A DNA stretch of 64,000 nt from an uncultured bacterium (lineage in GTDB: Bacteria > Chloroflexota > Dehalococcoidia > Lucifugimonadales > UBA3495): assembly GCA_963997925.1 (NCBI GenBank), contig CAXEOX010000001.1, positions 16,536 to 80,535 on the forward strand, read 5' to 3'. A model generated the notes under the pieces. That model was not told the DNA's origin. It made no database searches and was given only the letters and a program-made list of their open reading frames with translations. The position numbers and the translations under genes were made by a program. How positions within the stretch are numbered: position 1 is the first letter of the stretch; the number at the start of each line of letters is the position of its first letter. Below, piece after piece: positions 61,254 through 64,000 of the stretch.

Positions 61254-63503
61254 ATGGCCGAAAGACAAGAGGAAAATGGCGATTCGAACAGTGCGGCTAC
61301 GGGATATATCTGTCTGGACCAAGCCCGGGCTTTAGCCCTCCAGTACGCCCAGGACCATCGCGAATTCTACGGGACCATCTCCGAACAAGAACTCACTTGG
61401 GATGCCCTCAGTGCTCATGAAACCGAGCACGGCTTCGAAGTCCGGCAGTCATTCCGCTCGGTAGACAGCTTTCGCACCGCCGGTATCGAACAGATCAATA
61501 TCGGCAAAACCGGATCGATCGAGTCCCGCCAGATAATCAATCAACCCAGATTAACCCGCGGCTTCATCACGGTCGCCGTCACCATTGCTGTTGTGGCGGT
61601 TACGGGAGTCATATTCGGCGGGTTGTTCGCCGCCGGAAGACCGGACGCCACCAATGTCTCTCAGCAGCTGAGTACTTCAATCTCAATAACCCCTGAAACT
61701 CCGGCTATCCTAATCTCTCCCGATGGAGAAGTTTCCATAGAGTTGAACGCCAACACGGTGGGCGCACCTGCCCAACTGGCTTATTCCGCCCTTTACATCG
61801 CCGAGATACCAGCTCTGCCTCCTGAGTTCACCAGCACCGACAAAAGCCTTTGAACTGACGACAAAAACTCCGTTATTGAAGCCCATCACCATTAAGGTGG
61901 CACTCAGAGACGCCGATACCGCTCTGGCAGCCGGGAAAGAAGACAATATCGTCATCCAGCACTACACGGGTGGCGCTTGGACCCAATTAAATACGCCAGT
62001 GGACTTTAGAGCGTCTACAGCGACCGCTCAGGTGGACAGTTTAAGAATGTTCGTCCTGACGATCCGGGATCCGGGTGGAACGCCCAAACAGGTCCCGGGG
62101 GCGGCCCAAGCCGCTTTGCCCGCGGAGCCACTGAACCCAACGCTTTCACCCGTGATAAGTTCGCCCACCGCAGATTCGGCTAAGGCGACCCCTGTACCAT
62201 CGCCAACCGGGGCGGCGCTCTCCCGTCCTGTCACGACACTGGTACCGGTACTGCGGGATTCTCCGGTGACGGCGGAGCTGCCACCGCAGCGGAATTGAAC
62301 CATCCTTGGGGAGTGGATGTGGACGACTCAGGCAACCTGTTCATCGCCGATCTTAGCAACCACCGCGTGCGCAAGGTGACCTTCTTTGAACCGGTCGTCC
62401 TTGAGTCGTTGACGATAGCTCCGGCCACGGCCACGATAGCCGCCGGGCTCACCCAGCAGTTCACCGCCACCGGCAACTTCAGCGACAGCAGTCCTCAAGA
62501 CCTGACGCGCAGCGTTACTTGGTCCAGCAACAACGAGCCCGTTGCCACCATCGCCGCCGGAGACCTGGCCACTGGTGTAGCCGACGGTACCGCCACCATC
62601 ACTGCCACTTTGGCTGGCATCAACGATTGGGCGGCACTGAACGTAGCCCAATTGGCTACCTGCGGAGACACCCTTACAACTCACGCAACGTTAAGCGCTG
62701 ATCTGGACTGCACTGGAACCACCGGAACGGTGTTCACCTTCGCAGCGGACAGCGTTGTCTTCGATGGCCAAGGTTACAAGGTCCTAGCCCCCAGCGCCGC
62801 TCTCATGGTGTCGTCCATAGGTAACTCGGGCGTATCCATCCTGAATATGGATCTATCCGGGACCGCGAGCAACGGGCTCAAGATTAGCGGCGGAAGCGGA
62901 AACCTCGTCTCTAGCGTAGACGTTTCGTATACCGGGGTGACGCCAGCAGGCTACGGCGTACAGTTGGAGAGCAGCACTAACAACGTAATCCAGAACGTGA
63001 CCGCTACCAACCGAAACCCGGGCGTTTGGCTCACTGGCACCTCGGGTGGGAACACTATCCAGAACAACAACTTCTCTGGTAATAACTTTGCCATTCATGC
63101 GTCACAGTTGGGCCAGGGAAACAGCTACCTGAACAACGACCTTCCCAACACGACAACCTGGGCAATCATTGTTTGGGGCGACGATTCGATTCAGATCTCG
63201 GGCAACGACTATACGCTAGCCGTCAACGCCATATTCCTCGGCGGGGTCGACGGTGTGACTATCGATGGTGAGAACTTGGCTTGGACGGGGTCAGCCGGAG
63301 CGGGCGGAATCGGCCTGGAATTGCAGAACAGCAACGGTAACACGATTCAGAACCTAATCTCTACCAACCGTAGCATGGGAGTTCGCATCACCGGAACGTC
63401 GAGTAGCAACACTATCCAGAACAATGACATTTCCAATGACGTCTGGGGCATCCACCCGGTCTTTCCCGGATCGGGTAACATATACGTGTGCAACACGTTC
63501 TAA
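61254..63503 (+). pseudogene. Single membrane-anchored surface protein (NHL repeat, Big_2 Ig-like domain, right-handed beta-helix repeats) split into three ORFs by two compensating frameshifts
   Basis: ORF1 (frame 0) ends ...PPEFTSTDKSL*. Frame 1 continues with ..KAFELTTKTPLLKPITIKV.... Frame 0 reopens at 62184 with ...TGTGTAGFSGDGGAATAAELNHPWGVDVDDSGNLFIADLSNHRVRKV, a complete NHL repeat whose first half lies upstream of the called TTG start at 62295. That is followed by a Big_2-like LTIAPATATIAAGLTQQFTATG and then NxIxNN beta-helix repeats. Confidence 0.55.
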
Positions 63504-63554
63504 GGGCGCGACGCTGCCGGAGCCGAAAACGTATAGAAAGTACCCTGCGGCTCC

Positions 63555-64000
63555 CTAGCCGTCGAATAACACTCCGGGATTCATGACCCCCCGTCCGTCC
63601 ACTCGGCCTTTAGCCGCCCGTAGCACTTCCAAGAATAGATCTGGGCTTTCTCCTTGATACCAAGGCTTGTGCAGGCGGCCGACTGCGTGGTGGTGGGTGA
63701 TCGTGCCACCGGTGGCCATTATCGCCTCGGACGCAGCCCTTTTAATCTCCTGATGGGCTTCCAGTTCTCCCCCACGCTGGCCGAATCCCGAGAAGGTGAA
63801 GTAGGGAGCGGGGCCGTCGGGGTAGACGTGGGTGAATCGGCAGGTGACCGTCCCCCCGCGGCAGGAATGGTTCATAGCGTTCTGGATCGCTTCCCGTACC
63901 GCTGCGTCCAGCTTGGGCCACTGGTCCCAGGTAACGGCGGTTTCCAGAGTGTCTTCAACCAAGCCTAGGCCGGTGGTTATGTTGCGTTGATAGGGCGCGT
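63555..64000 (-). CDS. FAD-linked oxidase, C-terminal domain (alkyl-DHAP-synthase / GlcD-like); 5' part outside window
   Basis: ...TLETAVTWDQW...CRFTHVYPDGPAPYFTF...GGTITHHHAVGRLHKPW...DGRGVMNPGVL. The frame is open to the window edge. Confidence 0.7.
   Translation of the reverse strand, partial: APYQRNITTGLGLVEDTLETAVTWDQWPKLDAAVREAIQNAMNHSCRGGTVTCRFTHVYPDGPAPYFTFSGFGQRGGELEAHQEIKRAASEAIMATGGTITHHHAVGRLHKPWYQGESPDLFLEVLRAAKGRVDGRGVMNPGVLFDG

Noticed and set aside
1-64000. I searched by eye for tRNA/rRNA genes (T-loop GGTTCGAATCC-type strings, long non-coding conserved stretches), transposases, integrases and phage genes.
   Set aside because: I recognised none. Every spacer longer than 250 nt was inspected and is accounted for by repeats, promoters, pseudogene fragments or the AT-rich tract. 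A covariance-model scan (tRNAscan-SE/Infernal) would be needed to exclude small RNAs.

Overview
This is a 64-kb, gene-dense segment of roughly 60% G+C (hand-counted samples) with about 55 protein genes on both strands. Most genes are preceded by strong GGAGG-type ribosome-binding sites. The content is mainly paralogous catabolic enzymes and transporters: 5 amidohydrolase-superfamily genes, 2 amidase-signature amidases, an asparaginase-like protein, an M20 peptidase, a CapA-like metallophosphatase, 3 VOC/glyoxalase proteins, 2 luciferase-like (F420/FMN) oxidoreductases, 2 RidA proteins, and enolase-superfamily, GMC, SDR, AKR, Zn-ADH, nitroreductase and TPP enzymes, plus 3 MFS transporters. Housekeeping genes are also present (FtsK, aconitase, BioY). 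This profile fits a marine Chloroflexota (SAR202-like) chromosome, but that placement is inferred from gene content only. I recognised no rRNA, tRNA, CRISPR array, transposase or integrase. The most interesting observations are as follows. (1) An ORF pair at 4024..4767 (minus) is really one gene with a single in-frame TGA at the redox-centre position of an iodothyronine-deiodinase-like thioredoxin fold, followed by a SECIS-like hairpin, so it is a candidate selenoprotein. (2) A three-gene operon encodes a bicupin, an EutA-family ATPase with a His-rich tail, and RidA, with no ethanolamine ammonia-lyase nearby. (3) A 759-aa protein is a strongly divergent PEP-carboxykinase-like homolog. (4) A split TPP decarboxylase (ComDE-like), a nitroreductase and a class III ADH form an operon. 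(5) A low-GC two-gene island and a 25-35% GC spacer carry reiterated AAT[AT]AATAG motifs. (6) Several genes are disrupted: a surface protein with two compensating frameshifts, a split tandem USP, a truncated response regulator, and a GMC paralog remnant. (7) At least four families of intergenic palindromic (REP-like) repeats are present. All functional calls come from by-eye motif recognition, and no database search was possible.
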